A stretch of 25,519 bases of DNA, from IMG/VR virus record IMGVR_UViG_3300020045_001608, positions 1 to 25,519 of that record; one strand, written 5' to 3'. Within the stretch, counting starts at the first letter, position 1; each line of letters opens with the position of its first letter. The notes under the pieces were generated by a model. The model was not told the DNA's origin, did not search any database, and saw only the letters and a program-made list of their open reading frames with translations. Shown piece after piece: positions 24,711-25,519 of the stretch. The stretch comes from a virus. Lineage: Duplodnaviria; Caudoviricetes. The position numbers and the translations under genes are program-made.

Positions 24711-24860
24711 ATGATAACAATAGTAGACAAAAACACAGAAGAAGTACTTTACTCGACTCATTTTCAAGTTGAACTTTTAGAAAATGAAATCGCAGTCGAT
24801 GGATTAAGTGGCGATTTTACATATTACAATTTAGTAACCAAAGAATTTTATAATAAATGA
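24711..24860 (+). CDS. small protein following the tail fibre (49 aa; not in ORF track; possible fibre-associated/chaperone)
   Basis: Manual translation MITIVDKNTEEVLYSTHFQVELLENEIAVDGLSGDFTYYNLVTKEFYNK; ATGA overlap with next gene. Confidence 0.7.
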   Translation: MITIVDKNTEEVLYSTHFQVELLENEIAVDGLSGDFTYYNLVTKEFYNK

Positions 24861-25120
24861 GAAACTTTATAAAAAAAAATTACGACAGACATTTACTTTA
24901 TACATTTGTAATCTTCTTTTTTGCATTATTTAGAATGAATTTAAAAGATGCTGAATGGTTCGGAGTATTATTTATTTCTACACTATTTGCTTTTATCTTA
25001 AATTTAGGTAGAGAAATGTATTACGAGAAATTTCACGAAGCACCATTTGATATTTACGATGCTATTTATGGCGGTGTAGGTGGTTTGTTAGCGGGAATAT
25101 TATTTTTAACATTTATATAA
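24857..25120 (+). CDS. small membrane protein (about 3 TM)
   Basis: Hydrophobic segments with H...RE...D..D...GG pattern of small phage VanZ/YfiM-like membrane proteins. Confidence 0.75.
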   Translation: MRNFIKKNYDRHLLYTFVIFFFALFRMNLKDAEWFGVLFISTLFAFILNLGREMYYEKFHEAPFDIYDAIYGGVGGLLAGILFLTFI

Positions 25121-25122
25121 TT

Positions 25123-25251
25123 ATGAAAGAATTAAACGAAGAACAACAAAAAGCGGTAAAAGATGCGTTAGACTTATTGGATAGCGTTGGATTAGTAGAT
25201 TGTGTAATAGTTCCGTCAATCGGTGCGCCACGTCCTCACAGACCAAAATAG
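25123..25251 (+). CDS. small peptide ORF (42 aa; not in ORF track)
   Basis: Manual translation MKELNEEQQKAVKDALDLLDSVGLVDCVIVPSIGAPRPHRPK; AATTATG start; stop abuts next ATG. Confidence 0.7.
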   Translation: MKELNEEQQKAVKDALDLLDSVGLVDCVIVPSIGAPRPHRPK

Positions 25252-25519
25252 ATGAAAAATTTAGGAGCGTTTATATTACTTTATAATTTAGTTTGTATTT
25301 TAATAATGCAGACCAATTGGTATTCTAACCATTGGCAAATTATAGATAGTATAGACACTCCTTTTTACATTGCTTCGGCTATAATAGTATTATTTCTTTA
25401 TCGTAAATTAAACATATTCCAAAAACAATGTTATCTATTCGCTTTTATTTTTTTAGCGTTTAAATTAATCGATTTGAATTATCCTATTGATTATGTGAAT
25501 TACAAGTTTTGGAGCGTTT
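25252..25519 (+). CDS. multi-pass membrane protein, truncated by the window edge
   Basis: MKNLGAFILLYNLVCILIMQTNWYSNHWQIIDSIDTPFYIASAIIVLFLYRKLNIFQKQCYLFAFIFLAFKLID... open to the end of the window with three hydrophobic segments. Confidence 0.7.
   Translation, partial: MKNLGAFILLYNLVCILIMQTNWYSNHWQIIDSIDTPFYIASAIIVLFLYRKLNIFQKQCYLFAFIFLAFKLIDLNYPIDYVNYKFWSV

Noticed and set aside
1-25519. tRNA genes, CRISPR arrays, diversity-generating retroelement, stop-codon recoding, integrase/att sites
   Set aside because: No cloverleaf, spaced repeats, reverse transcriptase or TR/VR pair seen; genes tile densely under the standard code; no recombinase in the window, so lifestyle cannot be called.

Overview
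AT-rich (roughly 30% GC by eye) segment of a tailed dsDNA phage, most likely a siphovirus of a Flavobacteriales (Bacteroidota) host. The host call rests on Bacteroidota-type TTTG-N19-21-TAnnTTTG promoters, A-rich starts without Shine-Dalgarno sequences and a Bacteroidota-type lipoprotein. All credible genes are on the + strand. In order: replication/recombination genes (SSB-like protein, small HTH, DUF4373-type initiator, T7 gp4/Twinkle-like primase-helicase, NUMOD4-HNH-AP2 endonuclease, DUF1367-like, NinG); a cluster of small accessory ORFs; terminase small and large subunits; tail assembly, tail completion, tail tip and tape measure genes; then prohead protease, major capsid, tail tube, portal, adaptor, tail fibre and membrane proteins running off the right edge. 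No tRNA, CRISPR array, integrase or polymerase was seen. The most interesting signals are non-coding: (1) a promoter-proximal RNA with two hairpins whose 8-nt loops are complementary (kissing loop) directly ahead of the HNH endonuclease; (2) two hairpins with different stems but the same GAAGAY loop ahead of the tail-completion and head operons; (3) an attenuator-like leader (uORF stopping inside a terminator) ahead of the head operon; (4) Fur-box-like palindromes at three promoters; (5) a -1 frameshift in the tail chaperone; (6) strong GATC avoidance. All family assignments are from motif recognition by eye, not database searches.
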